DNA of 62,169 nt, counting the filler, from Sphacelaria rigidula (Eukaryota), in assembly GCA_964200075.2 (NCBI GenBank). It is 4 parts of 4 records of this genome, joined end to end, with 100 filler letters (N's around TTAATTAATTAA, not from the genome) between each part and the next. Parts side by side here need not be neighbours in the genome. Positions count along the whole stretch, not along the records: positions 1 to 15,472 come from CAXNAA020001732.1; 3 more parts are not named here. One strand, written 5' to 3'. Both the position numbers and the translations under genes were made by a program. A model generated the notes under the pieces. The model saw only the letters and a list, made by a program, of their open reading frames with translations. It was not told the DNA's origin and searched no databases. Every line of letters starts with the position of its first letter. Positions within the stretch are counted from its first letter, which is position 1. Below are positions 1 to 11,432 of the stretch, in pieces.

Positions 1-153
1 CCCCCCCCCCCCCCATTTGTGGGGTGCTATCATCGCTCTTGCACAAGGCCCTTCTTTCATGTCGAGTCGAGACTCCGAGGGTTTAAAACACTGCGTCACG
101 CCCGGTTATCATGTATACCGTACACTGTACTTCGAGGCCTAGATAGCTGTCGC

Positions 154-226
154 GCCCGGTGGTTAGTCAAAGCGGTGGATCAACTAGCTTGTAAGTAAGT
201 ATGTCGTGGGTTCGAATCCTGTGCAG
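154..226 (+). mobile_element. tRNA-derived SINE head or tRNA pseudogene
   Basis: A-box-like TAGTCAAAGCGG (164-175), anticodon-loop-like CTTGTAA and a canonical B-box GGTTCGAATCC (209-219). No clean acceptor stem, so not a functional tRNA. Confidence 0.5.
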
Positions 227-965
227 TAGTAGTCTGATCTTTTCATCGGTTCCATTTTCGTGAAAACGTGAGAGCATGAGTGAGCTATGAAGCAGGTATC
301 GACGAAAGTCGAGCAGCTGAGGGGATGTTTATCCGATGTTGGATAGTGTAGTCATATTTTCAGCGAAGCATGGTAGCTTGAGAGAGATGGCTTGGTTCCT
401 CGAAACTACCGTATGAGCTTATCCTGCCGTAGCGTCGGGGGGAATCAAGATTATAACAAAAGGTGACGAAGTACAGAAGTTCATGTGGATAGCACCAAGA
501 ACAAGTTGCACACTACTTGTGAAAAATGATGCTGGGTGGTCTTGTTTCTGTTCCGTCTTTATTTATCTCCATATCCTGGATTGTGTTTAGCTCCATTCCC
601 ATCTTCTGATATCCATTCCAAGTGTCAGACGAATATTGAGTCGTCTGGACATTTCTTGATTTCACTGTTATTGATCCGTACCCTGCGAAATCAATCTTTG
701 GTCCTTGTTCTCAGCGTTGCGCCCCAGGTGCGCGCACCCCAGGCATGTGGGTTCGCGCAACATTTGCGTGAAGACTTTTTTTACCCGTGGGCCGTTTTTT
801 GCCCTCTTTCGAGCAATCAGGCCCCACAAAATCGCAGATTTGGCGGTTGGAACGGGCGATGGCTCGTCCAACGCTTGCTTGATTCAGTCCCTTGTTCTTC
901 ATGTTGATTTTGTTCTTTCTCTCCTCTTTCCCCCTATATCCCCTTCACTTTTGCACTCCAAACAG

Positions 966-1180
966 CTGATTCTAAGTTGAACGTTCCGTTGGGACCCAAG
1001 GCGGTCGGGAGGTACAAGGCCATCGAAAACCTTAACGCCGCACTCACGGCAGCCGAGGCAGCAGGGCTTCGAGTGGTTAACATCGGAGCTGCTGATATCA
1101 TCGATGGTAGGCCAGCTAGCATTCTGGGGCTGTCGTGGCAGCTCATTCGGGTACACCTACGGACACAAGTGGAGCTCAAG
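966..1180 (+). CDS. Exon encoding a fimbrin/plastin-type calponin-homology (CH1) domain segment
   Basis: Acceptor aacag|, donor AAG|gtacac. Translation ...IENLNAALTAAEAAGLRVVNIGAADIIDGRPASILGLSWQLIRVHL matches the fimbrin CH1 pattern [36 protein letters not shown]. Confidence 0.8.
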
Positions 1181-3489
1181 GTACACACGAAGATGTTTGG
1201 ATAGACATGAAGGGATACTAGACGACGATGATGTCTGATTGGCTTGTGCCGTTTCGCAAGCTACTGTACGTTATCCCCCGGGCAGAAGAAGTGATATATA
1301 TATATATATATATGTGTATATATTTCAATTTTCATACATCAAACGACACAATAACAAAAAATAGTTGTCGTGCCTTAGGGCGCTTGCTGTTTCTTGTGAG
1401 TGTCACGTCAGGCATCCCTTTCTCCCCCCCCCAAAAAAAACAAAAAGCACAGAAGTGAAATCAAACTCGCCCCGCGAATTGTTCACCAAGAGGTGATTTT
1501 AACGCAACTACTTTCTTGGACTTTTCCGAATGTACCCGAAAAGTTAGAATTTTCCCCGACTTCGCCAAATGAAAAAGTGCTGGAAAAAGTCCAACGCTAG
1601 ATTATCGAGGTACTCTCTGTAGTTGGTGTCGAACTGATATATCGCCTGACTTTGTTGGTCTTCAATTTATCTATTGCCTGACAATGGTTGAGAAATTCGC
1701 TGTCACATTTTCCAAGGAGGAAGCGTATCCCCCGAAAGAGTCGGAGATCTCACCTGAAAAAGAAGTTCCGTTAATAATACTCCCCGACTTACCAGGAGCA
1801 ATTTATTCGCTTGTAGACCGCCACTTCTTTTTTGAATGAAATCAATTGACACGTGTGCCAACACTTTGGTGAGATTATCGATTTTTACTAGGGGTGAGTG
1901 ATGGTCACTTGAACAGGTCCAGGGAAGTTTCTGAAATGATTGGATGAGGATGTACCACGAGCGGTCATATAATATCAGTCTTACGCCAAAAGAAAAAAAG
2001 AGGAGAAATCGGAACAGAATCCGACATCTTTTCGCCCCAATACGCACGCACACACCGCGCAACATCAGATTCAGCAAGATCCACAAGCAAAATGACCCTA
2101 GATTTGTACTGAAAATACAGTACTAAACCCGGTCGAACCGTCGAAAGATACATGAGGTGCGTATGATTTTTGTATGCGGGAATCTTGGCAGTTGACTTGA
2201 TTTTTTGTTTTTGGCGTAAGACTGATATATCTCTAAAAGACGGAAATAGTTCCATATTAAAGCAACACTCCAGCAGAGTTGGTCAAGGGGAAAGACCGTC
2301 GCTATACTCGGACCCTGTGATTTCGAGTGTAGGTGTGCTGCTAACGACGAGGCTGTCGCGGTATTGAACAGCGCCCTGAACTCAGAAACATTATTGACAT
2401 TTTCTTGGTCAAGTTTAAAAGTATATTTACTCTGTGCCATAAGTAAAGTCCGTTATGAGGGGCGGATCGTATATCGCCAACGGAGTTGCCCACGATGCTA
2501 TAGTTGTTTTTTTTCTGAAATGCTGTTGATGTGCTGATGCTCGCTAAAAGAAAAAAAAATGAGCCGAAATTACTGAGAATCAGAGGGTCGAAACATGTCC
2601 AAACTCGACCACTTCCCACCACAGTCTACCATTTGCGGCAAAATTTCGACTTTTTTTGCTTGTTTTGTAACCAAATGGAGGCAGCGATGTGACCAAGTGG
2701 CTTTGGACGAGGCGTGGGTATCGTCCAAAGCTGATGAATCGGAGCCATGTGGTTATTTCGACGTTTTTTCGAGATTTTAGAGTTTGGGGTGGTTCCAATG
2801 TTCTTCGCTGTTTTCCAGAAACGGGCGACATACGGCCTTGTTTGGGCCGACTGATCTTTCTCGGCCGTTCATGCATGCATGAAGGTGCGTGCAGAAAAGA
2901 AAAGAAAATTTTTAATTTAAATCCGAAAAAAACCCAAGATTTCGAAACAAATATCGCCTTTTGCATCGGTGACTGTTAAGGGTCTGTGTCGTCATAACGA
3001 CCACTTTTGGCGCAGAGAAAGTACGCATTCTCTCATCATGTGAGTAGGGGCTGCTCGAGGAGTATATTTTACAAACAAGACAGCTGTACAACCATTACGA
3101 GAGCACAATTCGCAGTGCAAGTACGTTACGGTACGGTACGGTGCAGCACGCCGGAACAATGCGCAGCGCTTTGATCATCACGCAGGTACCACGGCGCCAC
3201 ATGAGCTAGAAAGCTACGTGTGCTGAAGTTTGTGCGAATAGCCCCCGCAAAACGTCCGTTGGGCGTGATAGTTTTCTTGTGACTCCAGTGCGCTCTACGT
3301 CTCTGTTGGACGCTAAATGATTACCTTCTTCACGGCCAACACACGACATCATACGAGTACATGTTCTAATAGTACGGCAGAACAGCCCGCTTTTCCTTCA
3401 CGTTTTTCTTTTCTCGTTTCTGTGCCCTCCACTTGTTTGTATTTCTCGATGTGTATTGTATTTTTTCTTGGCCTTTTGGTCACGCTTGA

Positions 3490-3790
3490 ACTCTCCACCT
3501 TTGTCGGGACTAGTCCGTGCCACAAGTGATCAACCTATCTCCCCCCCGGTACGCGTTGCTCCGTCTCGAAAGAGATGCGTGGTCAATGGTCAAACGGCTA
3601 AGGCAAGCAACAAATGAGTACGCCCCCGGTAGACGCCTTAGATGTTGGTGTCGCGGATTGGATCATGACCAACTTTGCCGCATCCCGTCGGCTCTCGTCA
3701 ACAATAGCATTTTTGCCAGTCACGTCCTCACGCTGTCCATGATGGAAATAATTTCTTCTTCGCAGAGACAGTCCAAACTGAACGTATCCG
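3490..3790 (+). repeat. Dispersed repeat family R2, interrupted by an R1 insertion
   Basis: Shares the core cgcggattggatcatgacc...ctcgtcaa with 21688-21930 and 27627-27860. A partial inverted copy lies near 12735-12792. Confidence 0.7.
3552..3622 (+). mobile_element. R1 short retroposon-like element (3' end ...ggcaagcaacaaatgagtacg + poly-C)
   Basis: Flanked by the direct repeat cccccggta (3543-3551 and 3623-3631). Other copies at 16300-16370 (-), 21444-21469 (-) and 21497-21558 (-). Confidence 0.7.
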
Positions 3791-3979
3791 AAGGGGGTCG
3801 ATTCCACATTCATTCCGGCCTATTGGTGCACGTTGCATCCTTACAGTGGACAGACCACCGGGACACGGCGGCATCCTTTATGGTTGGTGTGATTCATCAC
3901 TCTCCATGCTGCTCTGTCTCCATTGCTGCTCTTGGTTTTATTGTTTTTGTTCATGCCATCGATCGGACACAATTTTCAG

Positions 3980-4811
3980 GTGGCCTCCGAACAGGTTGGT
4001 GTGGCCTCGAACTGCCTTGCCAACATGGATCCAATCCAGTCTAGGATGGCACAGATCGCCAAGCCAGGAGAGGGTGACGAGCTGCCTGGCTCTGAGGTGA
4101 TGGCGTTTGTTGCCTGAATGTGCTCTTTCCAGATCTTCATCCCGTATACATCATTTGAATGCCATACGGGTTGGGAGCTGTATGGCCCCTTCGGTCACTT
4201 GCGACGTGTGTGCAGTATCTTGTGTCTTCCGTGTAGCCGAGACGGTGCCTTGAAAGTCGAATGAGTCAAAGTGCTGTACAGGGTGGTCGTCGGTGCGAGA
4301 AATACTGCCGCCTCTGTACATGTGGCGCTCGTATACACTACATTTCCCTCTCCCATACTTTCAAATTTTGGATCGGTGTCACAGATGACCCCCGAGCATA
4401 TCACGTAGAAATCGCTTCTCTTTCTGTCGATAAATATCCGAAAGATATCATAGCTATCGCATGTCTGTATAGAGATACTGCAATACTGAAGTTTTTGTTT
4501 GAAAGTTGAAGGTCGCGCTGCTGCTCGTGGGTGTACCCTGAACTGTCTCAAAACAGGTGACCAAGTGCATGGCCCAGAATAAGCATGCCGCTCCCGGCGT
4601 GGGGCTCATTTCGCCTGCGCCTCACCACGACATTTTCTCCATCGAGGACTCGGTCCGGCTCATCCCCGACCTGACGGACGCGAACATCACCGGAGAGGTG
4701 TCCGTGAAGCCGGTATCCGGAGTTGGGGTGTGTGTCATGACCGATGGGGTGGCAAAGGCAAAGGCCGACCACATGAAGGTGTCTGGGCGTGACGACGGGA
4801 CCGGAGCAGCG
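3980..4811 (+). pseudogene. gltB: Diverged two-exon fragment of glutamate synthase (GOGAT) large-subunit FMN-binding domain; exons 3980-4096 and 4557-4811
   Basis: VASEQVGVASNCLANMDPIQSRMAQIAKPGEGDELPGSE|VTKC...[27 protein letters not shown]...VSVKPVSGVGV...GVAKAKADHMKVSGRDDGTGAA aligns with the GOGAT motifs [57 protein letters not shown] and SGHDGGTGA. Both exons have canonical AG/GT ends in phase 0. Many normally invariant residues are substituted and no flanking GOGAT exons were found. Confidence 0.85.
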
Positions 4812-6689
4812 GTGAGTTTTTTGTTGTTGTGTCTATCTTTCCGATTCTTCCATCTATCTTCAAAGAGTAGGAAGAATGAAAAAACCAATACAGAGTATGT
4901 AGCTTAGTTTTGGGCGTCATAGTTTTTTTTATTCTACTTTAATTGCCGTCTTATTTTGTTCCAGTACGTGACAGAACGCCGTGGGGTAGGCGTACAAGTG
5001 ATGACTTGGAATTTTCTATTTGCTACTGGTGTCTACTGGTGTCTACTGGTGTCTACTGTGTGCTCGTCGCACGCTGGGCCAGCTGCTCTTAGGAATTTCT
5101 GCCTGTTTCCCCCCCAGAGATCCGGATGCTACGAGTAGTGTCCAGAACAAATCCAACTACGTCGCTACCTGTTTTGTTTCGGAAACGGGTTCGCGTCAAC
5201 TCTCCTTTGTGGGGGGCGGGTGAATACCCTGGTTGAAGTGGTGGGAGGCATCGTTGTGAGCAAGGAGCACACGAGTACGGTACGGCAGCTTTACACGCTG
5301 CTTGTTTCCGCGGGGCGTCTGTCCTCTTGTTCTTCCCTTGGGCTGCGCGTCCATCTTGCGACCGCGGCTGGATTGTTGGCAGATTATTGACCGTGGATCG
5401 TTCAATCAATAGATCGGCGGATGAATTCATTAATACGTGAAAAACGAAATGTAGTACTGCGCAAGATACAAAGTCGGGCACATCACCCATACGCCCAGTA
5501 TCGCTGCGAAGTATGAGATGATGCATCACATCTGAACCCCGACTCATGTGAACAATTTGGCAGAGTTGAAGTGTCTAACCCCAATTGAAGAGGAACTCGT
5601 TTCCACGATAATCTTGCGCCGTGAACAACGAACGTCGACGTCAACGGCGGTGCCTTTTTGTGTGGTAACGTTTTACCCTACAATACTGGGAGGCATCGGA
5701 AAGTGACACACACAGCAGGGCGTTCGTTCATCGCGGACGTTTGCGTTCGTCGTAGTACCGAAGACGAAATACGATGGTTTGCTCGTCGAACATGATTTAC
5801 CGCAGCGGTCAATTTCCGGGTCCCCAACAGTGTCGACCGTTGTCGGTGTTATATTATACTGACTGTGTGGCATACGGTAGGCACGGTACAAGTGAGCGTT
5901 GCATTTGTTCACCATCCCCTGGATATGTTATTACACCCGAGAGGTGAAGTATCGGATCCCAACAATCTATCACGTACAAGAGCTATAGTGCTGCACACGG
6001 TACACGTGTACATACCACAGTGATCCTTAGAACGCGTTTGACCCGTCTGGAATAGGTTGCGGTCCTATGAGTCACGCGGGAGTCGGATTGTAGTTCCTGA
6101 GCATGCTGCATCTGGCGCTCGTGTTCAACCTTCTGCTCGAAACAACACCATGTTTACTTCTACACCAGTACCATGTACTGTGTGAAATAAAGAAACCCAA
6201 GGGGTGCTGACTTCCTGTGTTGAAGGGCAATTGAGTGGTGCAGCAAGACAGGGTTCGAATCATAGTACTACTGTACTGCGGTAGTCTCGTGAAGGAGCGG
6301 GGCGATGAGGTGACGGTAGTACTCCATGGCTTGTACGAGGACTTGACGAATCATGCAGATGATTGGTGTCCCATTAATATTTTTACTTGAAGTCAAAGTG
6401 GTCTCCTTGAAATATGGGGGAGAGGAGTGGAGTCTAGAAGGACAAGTACCAGGCCAATATAGCACATCAAGCACTGCTAACGGTTCCCGATGAACTTTAC
6501 AGTTACAATATTCTACAACGTAACCCCCCCGCCCCGGCAAAAAAAATAAAATAATGAAAAAGGCCAATTCGATTGCTTCGTGAAATATGATCCGAGATTC
6601 CCGTAGTCGTCGGGTTCTCGATTTTCATCTTTTCTCATCTATACCCTCTCCCCTCTCTCATTTTGATGTGGAATGATTGATGGCCACAG

Positions 6690-9600
6690 GCGTGGTGCCG
6701 TACGCTATGGAAACGGCGAGAAGCGACACCCATTATCAAGCGCAGGCGATTCTGGGCCATAATCAATACTCGAACGTGGCGATGGACGATGCTGAGGAAT
6801 CGACAAGAACAGGCGTGGCGAAGGAGAGCCCCAGGGAGGGCCGTAGCGAGTGCTGTCAGGTAGGGATGCTCCCAAGACATCAACAGGGTTGTGTAATGGT
6901 GCCGATATCATCGATGCATCCGACCGATGCGATACGGCGGTAAATATATAGTGTCTCATCGTGTCGGCAATTGCCATCAATACCGCCGTTTTACCGTTAC
7001 TGGCTGTGAAGCACCAGTGCTGCTTGTTCTAGTCTGGCGTTCTTTACGATCCTTAGCAAACTCGATAAAGCGTTGGGCCACAAACGTGTTGGCCTTCAAC
7101 TATATGCCATGTCCATGGCTACCGCTCGCAAGACCTTTTGACTCAATTCTACCTATCGCAGCGCACAACCTGACGGTCGATATTCCCTAGCCACTGGTGA
7201 AACAGATACGAGCATTGTACTGCCGCGATGGTCATTTTCCGTGATGCAATCGAAAACGCGATCGCACAAAATTCACACTGTGTACTGCGTAACGTTTGCG
7301 GCCACTCGTCACACAAGTAGGGCATGCTGGCAGTTATCGTTCAAGGCCAGGCTTGTGGTATCAGCCTCACAAACTGATGTGGTTTCGGCTGCTCGTTGTT
7401 TCGTCTTTACCCTACTCGTATACCCTACTCGTACTCGTAGCTTATACATTTGCGGCAACAGGGTATCACGCTGGAAGTCGATGCACCGGTGCTCACGTTT
7501 TATAGCCGTATCAAACATTTTGAGTTGTCGCATGAGGTGTGTGAGCAGAGATATGATGAAATCTGTACCAAGTGCTTGGACATAAGAGATGCGGCTGACA
7601 CATTTACTAGAAGCGACATGATAACCGCGGAGGTTTCAGGTTTCAGGGCACATGGTTCTTGCTGTCGAGTCCAACCCCCCTGGGCTTCATTCTACGCTTT
7701 CGGTGTACATTTTTGCTCCATGTTGCACTCGAGGCAGAGATCAAGTGGTTTGTGTACTCACTGGGAGCTTTTACTCTCTTCATCAGCATTTTCTTCGTCA
7801 ATGAAGGCCGGCACAAAACCGCTCTACAGTCAGTGTTGGATGCGGACTGTGTACGATAGCGAGGTAGAGCACGCTTGGTCGCCACGGTGTGTGCCAGATC
7901 GTCCAACTTGTGCCTGCCGCGTCGATTTTTTTCCATGGCATGCATGTATTCCCGTCCAACCTGTTGCCACGGATTCCGCATGGTCTGCACAGCACGTGCA
8001 TATCTTTTCCAATTCCAGGAGATTCCATAGCGCCGGAAATTTCTGGATTAGATGTCAGCACAGTGGTATTCCGAACGTGGCTGCCCAGGCACGGTTTTAA
8101 CGGAAGTCAAGTCATTTGGGGTTTCGACTCATTTTTTTCCAACAAGTTATTGAACTCCGCCCAAAGTGTTGACTTCACGATATATATATATATATATATA
8201 TATAGATGTATATAGATTTTGTGTGTATGAACCCGCCAAATATTTTACAATTGAACGGTACTGGTTCCGTTATATTCGTTTGCCTTCGTGAGGTAGGAAG
8301 TGTCGCAGCACGACAGCAGCCGTCTCTCGCAACGCCGCGGACGTGGTCCGCGCAAGGGGGTGAGAAACACCGAAGCAGCGATAAGCTCCGCCCTTCCTCG
8401 TCTCACGCCTTGCTCATCCTGCTCGAGAGTATCGGTTGCACTATGTTTCTCACGTATTCAGTACATTTCAATCGTTTTTGCGATCGGTCATACTTGGTAC
8501 GTAGTGTAGTCTACTCTGACAAAATAGGAGTCACGTGCGCAACGTAGAGACCGGAATCTCTCTAAATCCGTCATCATCTATGCGGTAGGCGTTACAAAAA
8601 AGTACTGTATAAAAGTCAGATTGATGGCCAGCGCAACACTGGCGCAATTTATATACCGAGCTATGATCGGGCTTCCGCTCGCGGCTGATGCCCAAGGGCG
8701 CAACCACCGGTGTTTCCGCGATGTATCGGCTGTGCCCATCTACCGACGTGCTGTTTTTGGGGGGGGCAGATCATTCCGATGGACAGACATGTACAGCAAT
8801 CAGCCAAAGACGGTATACCTTTCTATTACAGAAGAGTTGACTTGAGAACCGCTTCATTATTTCCCTCCCCGAGGTCCGAGCGTTTTTTACTCGACATTTG
8901 TGAGGGGAACGCATCTTGCTCGAAAAACGGGGGTAAGATTTCTGCTCTGACCTACCGACTAAACGAAAGAGTGCTGCCCTCCGCCCCCCCCCCACCCCCC
9001 CTTTTTGCGTCCTTGGACCTTGGACGGTGATCACGTCCTGAACGTCCGCACCCTGCACTAGTTATGACTCCGCCATCACCCCACATACCTCGCGAAAGTC
9101 GGAGAAAGCGTCGACACAGCCACCTTGTGTATGAGTGTATATATAATAAAGAGATGGGGTAATCATGCCACGGAAAAGGGTCGGCTGACTGGTGGCATAT
9201 TGCAAGATAGCTTGTGGGTACCGTTCTGACGGTCGGTATTTCACATGTTGAATGAAGTCTTGGACCCACATGTACCCATACTACATCCATACATAATACC
9301 AACTTAGGACAAGTCACAGCAGACCAGTGCTCGTTCCCGATTGTGTAGGGTTTTCAGTACTTGGCGTATATGCACAGGAATCATTTCCGAAGTCTCTGCA
9401 CAAGTGTGCCGCCCGTACGGCACATGATGCTGTTGCCGTATCACCCTCACATTGTGGATCGGAAGAAGTATCGTTCATGCTATACTGCGATGCTTTCTGA
9501 ACCAACAGTTAGCCTAAATATTTGCCTTTTGCCGCTTGGATCGTTTAATGGTGTACATCTACCTAAACTGTTGTTGATTTTTCATGATCCGGAAAATGAC

Positions 9601-10595
9601 CGGAAAACAAAACAGGGAAAGGAAGAGACTGGCGGAAAAGGTGCGTGCCCGAGAAGCGGCCTCGAAAGCACAGAGTGCTGCCGCGACGAAGATGCAGGCG
9701 TGGGGGAGGGGAGTGGTGACTCGGACGGCGTCGAGTGTTGCGTTGTCGGCGAGGGGTTTGCCCTCTATACGGGGGAGGAGGCGTTGGTGTGAGGTGAGCA
9801 CACCTCTCATGTTCATATGCCACTTGTATGATTATTGATACTGTACTTACCTAGAGTCTTGGGATAGTTTTTGTTAGTGTTGATATCATTGTTATCATTC
9901 CGAGGTGGCAGCACCGGAGAGGGCTATCATACGGGGCATGCGGGAGTCTGCAGAACAACAAAACTCGATGGAGACCCACGTAGTGCGGGGGGGTCCTGAT
10001 TCAATGCTGGATAGTTGGTGGTCAAGTAAGTACCGAGGGAAGAAGGGCTGGCTGGTCGCTCGAGGCGACGGACCGGTCCCGGCGAGGATCGAGGAGAGGA
10101 TCGGGGGTTGAAAATGTGGCGAGGAAAAGAAACGGACAGGAAAACGACAAATACCGTTCACATACATGACCATCTTATGCCCCTTCCTCCCGTGTTTTCA
10201 TCGCTTTGCTTGGCTTTTTTTATTTGTCGTTCGTCCGCGCTGCCGTTTTCAACCATGGCGCGTTGCTGGAATTTTCCATTTCGTTCACGTTCTGGTCTCT
10301 CATCTTCTCTTGACCGAGATTTGATTTGCACTTTTCCTGTGCGTGTGTTGTTGTGTGGTTGCTGCGTGTTGTTTGTTAGGTTTACTTTTACTTTGCTTTT
10401 CTTCTTGCTCTTTGTGCGTGCTTGGTTGCGACATGCCGGTGTGTGTCGTGTGCAGGATGCTCGGCAACGGCGACTACTATTTCTGAGCTGCCAACATCAC
10501 CAGATACATCCTCATCAACAAGTCGGCAGATTCCTGTTGCCCTTGATAGTCACCTCTCTCACATCCGTGTCGACGTTACCTGCAACAGCTGCTAA
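6690..10595 (+). CDS. Putative IQ-motif-containing exons (6690-6859, 9616-9793, 9905-10025, 10456-10595); possibly a decaying gene
   Basis: Splice phases are compatible in series (0-2, 2-0, 0-1, 1-stop). AATKMQAWGRGVVTR fits the IQ motif IQxxxRGxxxR; AWCRTLWKRR and RTWRWTMLR are IQ-like. The 9905 acceptor is a weak GAG. Confidence 0.4.
7450..7990 (-). mobile_element. Possible decayed pogo/Tc5-like transposase N-terminal (CENP-B HTH) remnant
   Basis: PSLTKKMLMKRVKA...ISASSATWSKNVHRKRRMKPR loosely resembles the pogo HTH pattern l..kA....f.aS.gWl.rF.kR. No intact DDE domain is visible. Confidence 0.25.
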
Positions 10596-11303
10596 TTCGC
10601 CGGGATGTATCGGCACGGGATTTTGGCTTGCCTCGGACTCGAAAAGCGAGGCCGGTGTTGAAAGCAGTGGCGACGGTCACAAACGGTGTGTTGTAGCGAG
10701 GTATGCCAAGGGGTATCGGTCACGACGTCGATAAGATCCGTTTTTACTGCGTGGCGGTATCTTACGTAACTGTACGCAAATGTTCGCCGTGTGGAAAAGT
10801 ATGAGTTTGTGGTGTGTGCGTGGTTACGTTTGAGAGTCATTCATTGATGAATGATTCCATCAACAGCTTTGATGAACGGTCTGTTGTAACAAGTCGGCTG
10901 CACGGAACGTCATTCCCCATGTCCACCCCCGGTACGGTACGCTACGTCGCGTGGCCGCGAGGAAGGAGGTGTGTTTGTACATTGTACCTCGTGATGTAGT
11001 TTCGTTTTATGCTTATATCCTGTCTTCCCCGACTGTTGTACAAATATTGAATGAAGTCACTTATACCCCCCTTCCCCCCCCCCCCTCCGCTCCCCATGTA
11101 TCGGTAAAGAGGAGGATCATACTACGTAGCGGTGAGACGCCCATGAGGCAGTGTGTTACCCGTGGCTGTCTCTAGAAGTGGCGATAACAGAAAATGGAGC
11201 GACTCATTAGAGGCTGTCTCCCATATGCGAGGTAATCAGTACGCTTTGGGTCGAACGATCTTAGCAGAATGCAGCTCATCCCTCATGCGACTCCCCGAAC
11301 GCA

Positions 11304-11432
11304 TCACGGCGCTTCGCGCTCGGTGATCGCGAGCCTGGTCGGGCTAAAACCCGGGGTGCTCCGTCCTGGCTTTGTAGCGGTGCGAGGTCAATGATCATAC
11401 GACTACGGCATGCAAGATCATGGATACACCCC
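11304..11432 (+). repeat. Dispersed repeat family R3 (ends gcaagatcatggatacacccc)
   Basis: Near-identical to 15067-15205; its terminus also appears at 31141-31170. Confidence 0.7.

Noticed and set aside
154-226. Functional tRNA-Thr(TGT)
   Set aside because: Acceptor and anticodon stems do not pair properly; retained only as a SINE-like head.
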